Below, one piece after another: positions 21,620-30,745 of a stretch of DNA of 56,397 nt (its first letter is position 1; each line of letters opens with the position of its first letter). Position numbers and translations under genes: made by a program. This DNA comes from Thiotrichales bacterium (GTDB taxonomy: Bacteria; Pseudomonadota; Gammaproteobacteria; SZUA-229), in contig CP070838.1 in the NCBI GenBank assembly GCA_020341835.1, positions 1,544,487 through 1,600,883 on the forward strand. The letters run 5' to 3'. The notes below the pieces were generated by a model, which searched no databases, was not told where the DNA came from, and saw only the letters and a list, made by a program, of their open reading frames with translations.

Positions 21620-22291
21620 ATGGACTGGACCAAATATACCACAGACCCCTGTGACGCACACACAGAGAAACTGATCCGTGATCATCTGAAAAAGATTCGC
21701 GTTATCGCCCAACAAGACTACATGAGCTGGCTGCTTGCTCGCATCCGGGACAAAAACTGTCTCGATATTGGCGCAATCGAGCATGATCTTTCCCATGCTG
21801 AAAAACCCCACTGGAAGCACAAGCAAATCTCCGACGTCGCATCGCGTGTGGTCGGCGTCGATATACTCGATGAATTTGCACAGATATTGAATCAACGTGG
21901 ATATGACATACGTGTATGTGACGCCACCTCGGATGTCTACCTTGGAGAAAAATTTGACACTGTGATTCTTGGAGACGTGATCGAGCATGTCGAGAATCCG
22001 GCAAACCTGATACGGTTTTCGGTTCGCCACCTGAACGATGGCGGCGAGATAATTGTCAAGACGCCCAATCCATACTATATCGACAATATCATCAAATTCG
22101 CCCGCAACAGGGACTCGGTCAATTTCGAACATATCGCCTGGTATACACCGACGATGGCGCTGGAATTATCCCGCAGAGCGGAGTGCAAGCTGGCAGCGTA
22201 TGTTGTTTTTTCGCGAAAAAGACCGTGGAAGAACATTTTTCCCGGTTCTGACATATTCACCCGAGATTTCGTATACATCTACACCCGATGA
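21620..22291 (+). CDS. Class I SAM-dependent methyltransferase
   Basis: 223 aa with CLDIGAIEHD, VILGDVIEHVENP and GGEIIVKTPNP. Confidence 0.75.
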   Translation: MDWTKYTTDPCDAHTEKLIRDHLKKIRVIAQQDYMSWLLARIRDKNCLDIGAIEHDLSHAEKPHWKHKQISDVASRVVGVDILDEFAQILNQRGYDIRVCDATSDVYLGEKFDTVILGDVIEHVENPANLIRFSVRHLNDGGEIIVKTPNPYYIDNIIKFARNRDSVNFEHIAWYTPTMALELSRRAECKLAAYVVFSRKRPWKNIFPGSDIFTRDFVYIYTR

Positions 22292-22318
22292 ATCGATATC
22301 CGGCCGCAAGATGGATTC

Positions 22319-23425
22319 TTATACCAGGATATCCGCCCAACTGACCTTTTCACGCTCGATATTGAAATAATCCGTTGCCAGACCGATATTGGCTCCGGCG
22401 CGCTCTTTTTCCTCATCTATATTGCGGACAATAAACAACAGCTTCGCCGATAAATCATCAATATCCCTGTCTTCAGCAAGCGTTAGGTGAAATCCCATAT
22501 CGATGAACTCTGGAAACACCGTATTGTTATATGCCAGACAGGGCAGACCGAAATGCAATGCTTCAATAAACGCATTGGCCATGCCTTCACCATAACTGGG
22601 AAACAGGAAGATGTCGCTGGCAGCAAGCACGTCGCTGACGTATTTGACATGCCCGCGCAATGATACTTTGTCTCCAAGCCCGCGGTGTTCGATCGCCTGC
22701 TGTATTTCGCGCTCGGTATTTTCCCCTTCAACACCACCGAGCAGGTTCAATCTGAAATCGATCCCTGCATCAGCAAGCGCTCCGCACGCACACACAGCAT
22801 CCAGTTGACCCTTGGCTGGCGCAATTCTGCCGACATGGGTAATTACCAGCTCACGGCAATCAGCTTTTGGCTCGGGGCGAACGTCGGCAAACTCGAATGA
22901 CGGGAAAATGATACGATACTTCACACCTTTGGTTGGCGGCACGATTTTCCGGACGTTCTTCAACAAGTGTCGTGACAGGGCGACGTGGTAATTCACCTGC
23001 GAATATACCAGCCTGTGCAGCCAGTCGTTCTTTGATTTACTTTTAGTGGTGCCATGTCTGACAATGATGTTCAGATCAAAACCGAGAAACGCAAAATGCA
23101 GCGTCTTTAATTCCGAGGCGCCGAAGAAGATTACGTTGCCGATACCGCGCTTCCTCAATAGCTGCCTGACTCGAACCAGCATGGCAATGCTGAACGCGGT
23201 ACTGGAGAAGCTGACGCCTTCGCATAAAAAATTACCCGAATACCTCCGCGCAAGCTCCTGTATAAACGAACCTTGTTTACAAAAAAGCACAACTTCAAAG
23301 CTGTCACTCAAGCGGTTTGCCAGTTTCACCGAATCATGCTCCATCCCGCCCATACCACCGGAAAAGCACATTATGGCCACAGGTTTCGATGATTTGTTCT
23401 TCATAAGCGCTTGATGATAACTCAA
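22319..23425 (-). CDS. Glycosyltransferase family 4
   Basis: 368 aa. FLFPSYGEGMANAFIEALHFGLPCLAYNN is an E-x7-E region. Confidence 0.85.
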   Translation of the reverse strand: MSYHQALMKNKSSKPVAIMCFSGGMGGMEHDSVKLANRLSDSFEVVLFCKQGSFIQELARRYSGNFLCEGVSFSSTAFSIAMLVRVRQLLRKRGIGNVIFFGASELKTLHFAFLGFDLNIIVRHGTTKSKSKNDWLHRLVYSQVNYHVALSRHLLKNVRKIVPPTKGVKYRIIFPSFEFADVRPEPKADCRELVITHVGRIAPAKGQLDAVCACGALADAGIDFRLNLLGGVEGENTEREIQQAIEHRGLGDKVSLRGHVKYVSDVLAASDIFLFPSYGEGMANAFIEALHFGLPCLAYNNTVFPEFIDMGFHLTLAEDRDIDDLSAKLLFIVRNIDEEKERAGANIGLATDYFNIEREKVSWADILV

Positions 23426-23491
23426 TACGTTTTCCAGGTCGGCATCACCTTAATTTATGCCATATCGCCTGGCAAGCAGCAGCCCGGCAAC

Positions 23492-24841
23492 CTAACGAGC
23501 TCCCTCCGGCACTTCGTCAGAGCGTGTCATCCAGATAAATATCACGACACTGCAAACGATGAACACCGATGTCCAGTTGTTCCTTACAAACGGGTGCTCG
23601 GTAAGCGATGCCAGAATGAACGATGCACTTAGCAAGACCTGGAACTTCCATGCCTGACCCGCTCTATGGCGTGATTTCACTGCAACATAAAACGGGTAGA
23701 ACAGTAGTAGTACAATCAGCACCGTGCCAACAATGCCTTTGTCACCCAGGTAACTGAAATAGACACTGTGCGTATGGGTGGGATTACCCAGGTCTGCACC
23801 TTTCTGGTATACCATTACATTCAGCCTGCCCTCCTTGACGTACCTGTTATGGACAACACCGGCATTTCCAACACCATGCCCGAACACAGGCTTTTCCTCG
23901 AAGGCATACAGGGCGCCGCGCCACTGCTCCAGACGGAAGCCGATTGATGTGAACCTGATCGGCTTGCTTCTGTCGGCGTTGAAGTATTCAACCGGCTCTT
24001 CGAACACTCTTGAAAACCGTGCGTTTACGTATTCGATCCCGGAGAGAAAATACAGCATTGGCAGCAACGCGATGCTGACAAAGACCAGCCTTCTTGCGCC
24101 GATAGCCTTGATTGTCCTGATCGCACCACCCTGCAAGATAAAAATGAGCATATACAGCAATATTAATGACAACCACGCGTTCCTTGTCACGGAAACGAGC
24201 GCACCCAGTGCCCCGAACACGGCACCCGCCAGGCACAGCATCCGCATCTTTCTGCTGTCTTTATAGTATCCATAGGCCGCAAAGCTGAGCACAGACCAGA
24301 GCACTGAGATGTTGCCCTGAAAGATATGGCCGTAAATACCCTCGGCGAATATCATTCCAACATCGCCACTAATATAACGCAGCATAAAGTCGACGATACC
24401 CGTTACCCCGATGATAACCGCGCCAATCGGTACCGCCGCCAAAAAGTATTTCCATATACCGGGTATACCGCGCAAATACAGATACACCGGCACCGCGAAC
24501 AGCAGGCGAAGGTCACCGGAAAAAAACCAGGAATGTGAAGCCCGGGTCCAACCGGCAAGAACGTTTGAGATCACTGTCGTCAGCACGTGGAGAACGATAA
24601 TCGCCAGGAAAATTTTCTCTTCTTTTTTCAGATCGAGGCGGTAATGCTTGATCGAAAACAGTGAAACCAGCACCAGCAGAACATAGGTTGATGACGCCCA
24701 GTGTCTGACGGTATTGGTGAACAGCGGGAAGAGAAAAACCAGTGCAATGCCAAGATGCATCCAGTTATATTGATAATCCTTTAAATTCTGTCTGGTCAAC
24801 ATCAGCTTTTCACCGGGCAAGCATTCTTGCAAAGACATCAT
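23492..24841 (-). CDS. O-antigen ligase-family (WaaL/Wzy_C-like) polytopic membrane protein
   Basis: About 10-12 predicted TM helices with a large loop containing HNRYV../HTHS. Its position between waaF and a GT4 fits a ligase. The start probably lies at 24802 (MLTRQNL) rather than 24841. Confidence 0.65.
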   Translation of the reverse strand: MMSLQECLPGEKLMLTRQNLKDYQYNWMHLGIALVFLFPLFTNTVRHWASSTYVLLVLVSLFSIKHYRLDLKKEEKIFLAIIVLHVLTTVISNVLAGWTRASHSWFFSGDLRLLFAVPVYLYLRGIPGIWKYFLAAVPIGAVIIGVTGIVDFMLRYISGDVGMIFAEGIYGHIFQGNISVLWSVLSFAAYGYYKDSRKMRMLCLAGAVFGALGALVSVTRNAWLSLILLYMLIFILQGGAIRTIKAIGARRLVFVSIALLPMLYFLSGIEYVNARFSRVFEEPVEYFNADRSKPIRFTSIGFRLEQWRGALYAFEEKPVFGHGVGNAGVVHNRYVKEGRLNVMVYQKGADLGNPTHTHSVYFSYLGDKGIVGTVLIVLLLFYPFYVAVKSRHRAGQAWKFQVLLSASFILASLTEHPFVRNNWTSVFIVCSVVIFIWMTRSDEVPEGAR

Positions 24842-25832
24842 CTGCCCTGACTTGTGTCAGACAGTTATAGTGGCCGTACTTGCACGTTCTGGAAAAACAG
24901 GGACTGCATGACAGTCTTTTGTAATGTATCTCGGCGGAATCGGTTAACGGCGGTGTGTACTCCGGTGTTGACGAACCGTATATTACGTTCACCTTTACAT
25001 CCATCGCGGCCGCAACATGCATCAGACCGGAGTCGTTACTCACGACCTGCTCCACGCACGCGATCAGATCAATCACATCAACGAGCTCGGTTTTACCGCA
25101 GAGGTTGTGCACATCCCCGGTAGCACCTTGTGCAATCGCATCGCCGAGCGCAACTTCTTTGGTCGAGCCAAACACCCATACCTGGTATCCCTGCTCAACC
25201 AGCAACCGCGACAGTTGCGCGAAATAGTCTGTCGGCCACTGCTTGGCAGGACCGTACTCGGCGCCGGGCATGAATCCGATAACCGGCTTGTCCAGACGAA
25301 GCTTTAGACTGTTCAGCAGGCTGTCGATATGTTGCTTGTCTGACTGTAATTCCGGATAGGAAATCTCCGGTGCTTCAGCAGCGCACTCGGATTGCGGGTA
25401 AGCATGAGCGACATATCGCTGCACCGTCTGTTTCAGTACTTCGGTATCCAGCATGCGGACATCGTTCAACAGGCCATATCGCATCTCACCCCGGTAGCCG
25501 GTACGCACCGGCACGCCTGCGAAAAAAGGCACCAGTGCCGATTTCCAGGATCTCGGCAAAACGATGGCGTGACTGTAGTTGTTCGCCTTCAGCGAACGTC
25601 CGAGCCGGGAACGCGCAGCGAGGCTGAATTCACCGTGCTGCACCGGCAGGGCAATACCCCGTCGTACTTGCGGCATGCGCTGCAAAACCGGCAATGACCA
25701 CTCCGGCGACACCACATCGATCTCACACTCGGGATAGAGCTTTTTCAGAGCAATGAACAATGACTGCGCCATGACCATATCGCCAACCCAGGAAGGCCCG
25801 ATGATCAGGTATCGTCGGCTCGATGCAGGCAT
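24810..25832 (-). CDS. waaF: ADP-heptose:LPS heptosyltransferase II WaaF
   Basis: YLIIGPSWVGDMVMAQSLF N-terminus and SNDSGLMHVAAA. Near-canonical WaaF/RfaF. Confidence 0.92.
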   Translation of the reverse strand: MPASSRRYLIIGPSWVGDMVMAQSLFIALKKLYPECEIDVVSPEWSLPVLQRMPQVRRGIALPVQHGEFSLAARSRLGRSLKANNYSHAIVLPRSWKSALVPFFAGVPVRTGYRGEMRYGLLNDVRMLDTEVLKQTVQRYVAHAYPQSECAAEAPEISYPELQSDKQHIDSLLNSLKLRLDKPVIGFMPGAEYGPAKQWPTDYFAQLSRLLVEQGYQVWVFGSTKEVALGDAIAQGATGDVHNLCGKTELVDVIDLIACVEQVVSNDSGLMHVAAAMDVKVNVIYGSSTPEYTPPLTDSAEIHYKRLSCSPCFSRTCKYGHYNCLTQVRADDVFARMLAR

Positions 25833-25839
25833 GATGTAC

Positions 25840-26613
25840 TCAGTCCAGGTTGCGGGTCACGCGGTTGCAGATTTCGACATTCGATCGCAGATGTTCCGGA
25901 TTGATCGTACCCACAATCATGCTGCTGACACCGGGCTGTGTCAGCACATACCTGAATGCATCTTCCACACTCTCGGCGTGCCCGCTTTGCAGACCCTTCT
26001 TGATGACAACACCCTTGTTCAACGCCAGCGCGCGTTCGATTACCGGCAGCTCGGCGTCCGTCTCGAGATTGAAGGTCGCCATCACCACATCGGTGTGCTC
26101 CACGACCCAGAGCCCACCCTCGACGGTTTTGGTCGACATGCCGAACGCACGTATCAGTCCCTGCTGCTTCATTTTCTCCAGCGTTTCGAGCGCGGCCTGA
26201 TTTTCAATAATATCCATATCATTACCATCTGAATGCACCAGCACGATATCAACGCTGTCCCTGTTTAGTTTTTTCAGACTGCGCTCAACCGAACGGCGGG
26301 TGTGTTCAGCCGTAAAATCAAATCTGGATTTTCCGTTTTCGAAGATTTCTCCGACCTTGGTCATGATCACCCAGTCATCCGCATGTGGCAGTAATTGCCC
26401 CAGGCGCTGTTCGCTGTTGCCATAGGCCGGCGCAGTATCGATGAAGTTAATACCAAGATCCCAGGCCTGCATAAGCAGACCCCTGACATCCGCATCGCCA
26501 GGAATCTCGAAACCCTGCGGATACTTGACCTGCTCGTTACGACCTATCTTGACTGTACCCAGCCCCAGCGGAGAGACATCGATACCGGTCGAACCCAGCG
26601 CCCTGAGCTTCAT
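25840..26613 (-). CDS. Aldo/keto reductase
   Basis: MKLRALGSTGIDVSPLGLGT..GINFIDTAPAYGNSEQRLG. The ATG at 26613 forms an ATGA overlap with the stop of the upstream gene. Confidence 0.85.
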   Translation of the reverse strand: MKLRALGSTGIDVSPLGLGTVKIGRNEQVKYPQGFEIPGDADVRGLLMQAWDLGINFIDTAPAYGNSEQRLGQLLPHADDWVIMTKVGEIFENGKSRFDFTAEHTRRSVERSLKKLNRDSVDIVLVHSDGNDMDIIENQAALETLEKMKQQGLIRAFGMSTKTVEGGLWVVEHTDVVMATFNLETDAELPVIERALALNKGVVIKKGLQSGHAESVEDAFRYVLTQPGVSSMIVGTINPEHLRSNVEICNRVTRNLD

Positions 26614-27800
26614 ACACCGTTCCACCTTGCCGGCTCGCACCATGGGTACTTTGCGAACGGCGGCGCAGGCCATGCAGGCAATTCATTGTCTGTCTTCTCA
26701 ACGGTCGAGCAATAATCAACGATCTGCTGCGCCAGCAATGGCGCCAGCGCCAGCTTGGTCGGCCACGCGGTGATGATGTTGCCCTGCTGTGTGGCATAAA
26801 AAGTATCCGGTCGGTGCCCGTCGGCGTGCCTTACCTCGGCACGGTCGATGTCGAGGACACCCCACTGCGCGGTATCCAGTTTCTGCCACGGGATCAACTC
26901 GGCCAGTTCCCGCTGCGCCCTGGCGATCTGCTCTTCATCGGTACGATTGACACCGTCTTCTGCAAGCTGCCCACCCAGATACCAGACGATGTTGCCGTCA
27001 TCATCGGTGTGGGAGGTAATCGTAACGCGTGGATTGATACCTGCGCCCATGCAATGCGCGAACACCTTGTTGACCAGGCCGCCGCGCATCATCACCATCT
27101 TCAATGGCCTCAGCTGCATCACGGGTTTCTGCAGGCCGGCAGCTGAAAGCAGTGACTGGTTGCCCTGACCGGCCATCAGAACCAGTTTGGAGAAATTGAG
27201 CTCGCAGCCCTGACCGTCGGTCGTCTCGACCAGCAGACTGGAAACCTGCGGCCGAATACTGTCTTTCCTGACTGCAACGATCGAGCGCATCGAAGGTTCG
27301 GCCAGCGCCTGCAGGACACTGATACAGTCGAATACCGGCTCATCCAGCCGGTAAATACTGCCCCTGAAATCCCTGTGCTGGAAAATAGCCGGACGCTGTT
27401 GCGGCTTCAACGCAGTGGTGCGTGCACGCATCACGCGGCTGGCAAAAAAACCGGTGATTTTTGACGTCAGGCTGGTTGTTGACCACAGATAGTGCGCATC
27501 GGAGATCATCACGGCCTTGCGTAAATCCACTTCACCCTTGCCGGCATGACAGGCACGCCATATCGACGGCATCGCCGACACCGCTTCTGACGATGCGGTC
27601 AGTTTGCCGGTCAGGGCGTACTTGGTGCCGCCGTGAATAATGCCCTGGGAATACCGTGTCTGGCCGGCACCGAGCGCGTCGTCCTCCAGCAATACAGCAT
27701 TGAATCCCTGATCACGCAGTCGCGCCAGTGTCCACAAACCTGCGATACCGCCGCCAACGATAACTGCATCAACATCAACCTTCACGCTGATGTCTCCCAT
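26610..27800 (-). CDS. FAD-dependent oxidoreductase (DAO/glycerol-3-phosphate dehydrogenase-like)
   Basis: Has the N-terminal dinucleotide fold VDAVIVGGGIAGLW..LLE. A GTG at 27785, preceded by GGGAGA, is an alternative start. Confidence 0.85.
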   Translation of the reverse strand: MGDISVKVDVDAVIVGGGIAGLWTLARLRDQGFNAVLLEDDALGAGQTRYSQGIIHGGTKYALTGKLTASSEAVSAMPSIWRACHAGKGEVDLRKAVMISDAHYLWSTTSLTSKITGFFASRVMRARTTALKPQQRPAIFQHRDFRGSIYRLDEPVFDCISVLQALAEPSMRSIVAVRKDSIRPQVSSLLVETTDGQGCELNFSKLVLMAGQGNQSLLSAAGLQKPVMQLRPLKMVMMRGGLVNKVFAHCMGAGINPRVTITSHTDDDGNIVWYLGGQLAEDGVNRTDEEQIARAQRELAELIPWQKLDTAQWGVLDIDRAEVRHADGHRPDTFYATQQGNIITAWPTKLALAPLLAQQIVDYCSTVEKTDNELPAWPAPPFAKYPWCEPARWNGV

Positions 27801-27805
27801 AGGTA

Positions 27806-28042
27806 CTAGCCCGCATTTCTCACCAGGATCTCGGTAGCAGGCGCAGAAAGCGCCGCTCTGGAGGGATAAGCGTAGCCAAAGCTACGGTTTGAGTGAAGAG
27901 CAAGCTTACGGACATGAAGACCAGCCTGGACCGTGATAGGCTTGCTCGAATAACACACTGAAGTTCTGATCATCCTGGTTTTTCTCCAAAGGACCAATGT
28001 CCTATCAGTATCCTACGCCGCCTGGTGAGAAATGCGGGCTAG
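27806..28042 (+). ncRNA. Structured intergenic element bounded by perfect 22-bp inverted repeats; candidate 6S-like RNA (alternative: MITE)
   Basis: ctagcccgcatttctcaccagg (27806-27827) is the exact reverse complement of 28021-28042. Internal hairpins: ggcgc/gcgcc 27840-27854, cgtagc/gctacg 27871-27886, gagcaagc/gcttgctc 27898-27947, aggac/gtcct 27990-28003. On the plus strand the 5' end AUUUCUC and the segment CGGUUUGAGUGAAGAGCAAGCU recall E. coli 6S (AUUUCUC.., CGGUUGGUGAGCAUGCU). No covariance-model search was run. Confidence 0.4.
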
Positions 28043-29466
28043 CTCCTCCCGCGGATGGTACCGATTATTTCGGTTGTCGATACACCTTCAACATAGGACA
28101 GCACCCTGACCTCACCACCATGCTCACGAACGCAATTACCACCCGGTATCTTGTCCGGATCATTATCCCCGCCCTTGACCAGGATATCCGGCAGAACCTC
28201 GCATATCAGCCGCGTCGGTGTGTCTTCCTCGAACGGCAGCACCCAGTCAACACATTCGAGCGCAGCCAGCATGCGCATGCGATGAGCCAGTGGATTGACC
28301 GGACGGTCTTCACCCTTGAGTTTGCGTACCGTCTCATCGATATTCACCGCGACGACCAGGCGATCGCCCTGATCGCGCGCCTGCTGCAGATAGGTTACAT
28401 GCCCGGCGTGCAGGATGTCGAAACAGCCGTTGGTCATTACAATGACTTCGCCACGCTGATGGCATTGACTCACCGCTGTGATCAGCTCCTGCTGAGTGAC
28501 GACGCCACGCTTGACCGCGATATGCCTGTGAATCTCCTGGTAGAGTTCTTCAGTAGAAACGCTGGCGGTACCCAGTTTGCCGACCACGATACCCGCTGCC
28601 AGGTTGGCGAGTGTGACGGCATTGCGCGTATCATCACCCGCAGCCAGCGCGGCTGCCAGTGTGGAGATCACGGTATCGCCCGCGCCAGTGACATCATAGA
28701 CTTCACGCGCGCGCGTGGGCAGGTGATACACCTCGCCGTCATTCTGAACCAGCGTCATGCCATGTTCACTGCGTGTTACCAGCAAGGCATCAAAACCGCA
28801 CTGCCGGCACAACTGCTGACCTTTTTCGACCAGCTCATCTTCATTCTCGCAAACACCGACGACCGCTTCGAACTCGGACAGGTTGGGTGTAACCAGGCTT
28901 GCACCCGAATATTTATCAAAGTCCGTACCCTTGGGATCGATCAATACCGGGATTCTTTTTTCCCTGCAAAGAGCGATCAGTGATTGCACGTTGCGCAAGG
29001 TGCCCTTGCCATAATCGGAGCAGACCACAACATCGTGCTGATCGAGCAGCCTGGCAAACTCGGTTTCCTGCCCGGAAATATCCTGGCCGATGAAGCCGTC
29101 TTCAAAGTCAAGCCTGATCAGCTGCTGATGACGACTCATCACGCGAAGCTTGGTCACCGTGGCGTTTTCGCCGAGGCGCACCAGGCTGGTGGCAACGCCT
29201 GCAGCCTGCAGGTTTTTTTCCAGCGCATCGGCTGCATCGTCATTACCCGTCAAGCCCAGCACGGTTGCCTGTGCTCCGAGCCGGGCGATATTGAGCGCAA
29301 CGTTGCCGGCGCCACCGGGACGCTCTTCGGTATCGCGGATATGGACCACCGGAACCGGCGCTTCAGGTGAAATGCGGGACGCCGGGCCCTGCCAGTAACG
29401 GTCCAGCATCAAGTCGCCAACGATCAGCACCCGAGCCTGCGAAAAATCCGGAATATCTACGTGCAT
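28039..29466 (-). CDS. hldE: Bifunctional D-beta-D-heptose 7-phosphate kinase / heptose 1-phosphate adenylyltransferase HldE (RfaE)
   Basis: 475 aa. N-terminal ribokinase-like domain (VLIVGDLMLDRYW.., DVTGAGDTV) and C-terminal cytidylyltransferase domain (TNGCFDILHAGH). Confidence 0.95.
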   Translation of the reverse strand: MHVDIPDFSQARVLIVGDLMLDRYWQGPASRISPEAPVPVVHIRDTEERPGGAGNVALNIARLGAQATVLGLTGNDDAADALEKNLQAAGVATSLVRLGENATVTKLRVMSRHQQLIRLDFEDGFIGQDISGQETEFARLLDQHDVVVCSDYGKGTLRNVQSLIALCREKRIPVLIDPKGTDFDKYSGASLVTPNLSEFEAVVGVCENEDELVEKGQQLCRQCGFDALLVTRSEHGMTLVQNDGEVYHLPTRAREVYDVTGAGDTVISTLAAALAAGDDTRNAVTLANLAAGIVVGKLGTASVSTEELYQEIHRHIAVKRGVVTQQELITAVSQCHQRGEVIVMTNGCFDILHAGHVTYLQQARDQGDRLVVAVNIDETVRKLKGEDRPVNPLAHRMRMLAALECVDWVLPFEEDTPTRLICEVLPDILVKGGDNDPDKIPGGNCVREHGGEVRVLSYVEGVSTTEIIGTIRGRS

Positions 29467-29545
29467 TTACAACCGTGGTGTGGGCATTGCCCATCGTCTG
29501 ATTCGGTGGGCGATACCCAGCGTACAAGTATTGCAGCAGCCAAGA

Positions 29546-29755
29546 TCAATCCTTGAGCACGTATTCGGCGCCACAGTAGGGACACCTGGCAGAGCCGTGG
29601 TCCTCGACAGGAATATAGACCTGCGGATGTGAATTCCACAAGCTGCTGCCACGCATGGGGCAATGCACGGGCAGATCATCGCGCGTCACTTCATAACGCG
29701 ACTGTTTGTTCGGGGTTTCAAGACCTTTCTGGGTTGCGGTATTCGGATTAGGCAT
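29546..29755 (-). CDS. Zinc-finger (zf-CHCC type) small protein
   Basis: 69 aa. The HCP..(x27)..CPYCG arrangement is typical of the small Zn-finger protein often found next to ilvE. Confidence 0.75.
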   Translation of the reverse strand: MPNPNTATQKGLETPNKQSRYEVTRDDLPVHCPMRGSSLWNSHPQVYIPVEDHGSARCPYCGAEYVLKD

Positions 29756-29774
29756 CGGCTTTCCTCAATAAACT

Positions 29775-30707
29775 TTAAGCGTCGTTGACCAGCGTCAGCC
29801 ATTCCGGATGCCTGTCCAGACGGCCATGTACGACATCAAAATACAAGGTCTGTAATCTTTCCGTAACCGGGCCCCGACCGCCGTTTCCAATGGTACGGTT
29901 ATCAACTTCCCTGACCGGTGTTACCTCGGCCGCCGTCCCGGTAAAAAAGACCTCGTCAGCAATATAGACTTCATCACGTGTAATACGCTTTTCACGTACC
30001 TCGTAACCGGCATCGCTTGCCAGCCTGAAGATGGTGTTACGGGTAATACCGTTCAATGCCGATGTCAGGTCCGGGGTATAGATAACATCATCGCGCACGA
30101 GAAAAATATTCTCACCGCTGCCCTCGGCAACATAACCTTCCGCATCGAGCAACATGGCTTCATCGTAGCCGTCTGTCAGCGCCTCGTTCAATGCCAGCAT
30201 CGAATTGATATAGTGCCCGTTTGCCTTGGCCTTGCACATGCTGATATTCACGTGGTGGCGCGTGAAGCTCGATGTCTTGATACGAATGCCGCGCTCGAGG
30301 TTTTCCTGACCAAGGTAAGCCCCCCATTCCCAGGCCGCAACGATAACGTGGACCTTGAGGTTATCAGCGCGCAACCCCATTCCCTCGGCCCCGTAAAAAC
30401 ACATCGGCCTGATATAGGCGGTATCCAGATTATTCTCACGCACCGCAGCGCGCTGCGCCTCGTTAATCGTATCCCTGTCGAACGGTATTTGCATCATCAT
30501 GATCTGCGCCGAATCGAACAGTCTGTCTGTATGCGCCTGCAGACGAAAAATTGCTGTGCCTGCTTCAGTTTTATAGGCACGCACACCCTCGAACACGCCC
30601 ATGCCATAATGCAGCGTGTGCGTCAGTACATGAACCCTGGCTTCACGCCAGGGAACCATTTCACCATCAAACCAGATGACGCCGTCGTGGTCGGCCATGG
30701 TTTGCAT
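29775..30707 (-). CDS. ilvE: Branched-chain amino acid aminotransferase IlvE
   Basis: 310 aa with VLTHTLHYGMGVFEGVRAY and TAAEVTPVREVD. Confidence 0.95.
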   Translation of the reverse strand: MQTMADHDGVIWFDGEMVPWREARVHVLTHTLHYGMGVFEGVRAYKTEAGTAIFRLQAHTDRLFDSAQIMMMQIPFDRDTINEAQRAAVRENNLDTAYIRPMCFYGAEGMGLRADNLKVHVIVAAWEWGAYLGQENLERGIRIKTSSFTRHHVNISMCKAKANGHYINSMLALNEALTDGYDEAMLLDAEGYVAEGSGENIFLVRDDVIYTPDLTSALNGITRNTIFRLASDAGYEVREKRITRDEVYIADEVFFTGTAAEVTPVREVDNRTIGNGGRGPVTERLQTLYFDVVHGRLDRHPEWLTLVNDA

Positions 30708-30745
30708 ATCAGTCTCCAGTCAAACTCGTTTATCCAGCTCCAGGC

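Noticed and set aside
21608-22132. 174-aa - strand ORF overlapping the methyltransferase gene 21620-22291.
   Set aside because: The + strand frame carries clear SAM-methyltransferase motifs, and the antisense frame has none.
27806-27997. 63-aa - strand ORF inside the inverted-repeat element.
   Set aside because: It has no RBS and lies entirely within a highly structured non-coding element. The element itself is reported as a finding instead.
27997-28983. 328-aa + strand ORF opposite hldE.
   Set aside because: It is antisense to an unambiguous hldE, and its composition is typical of a GC-rich antisense frame.
29481-29493. Perfect 6-1-6 palindrome tgggca-t-tgccca, 15 bp upstream of the hldE ATG.
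   Set aside because: It is too short to distinguish from chance. It does not fit the sigma-54 (-24/-12) spacing or any operator consensus I can recall.
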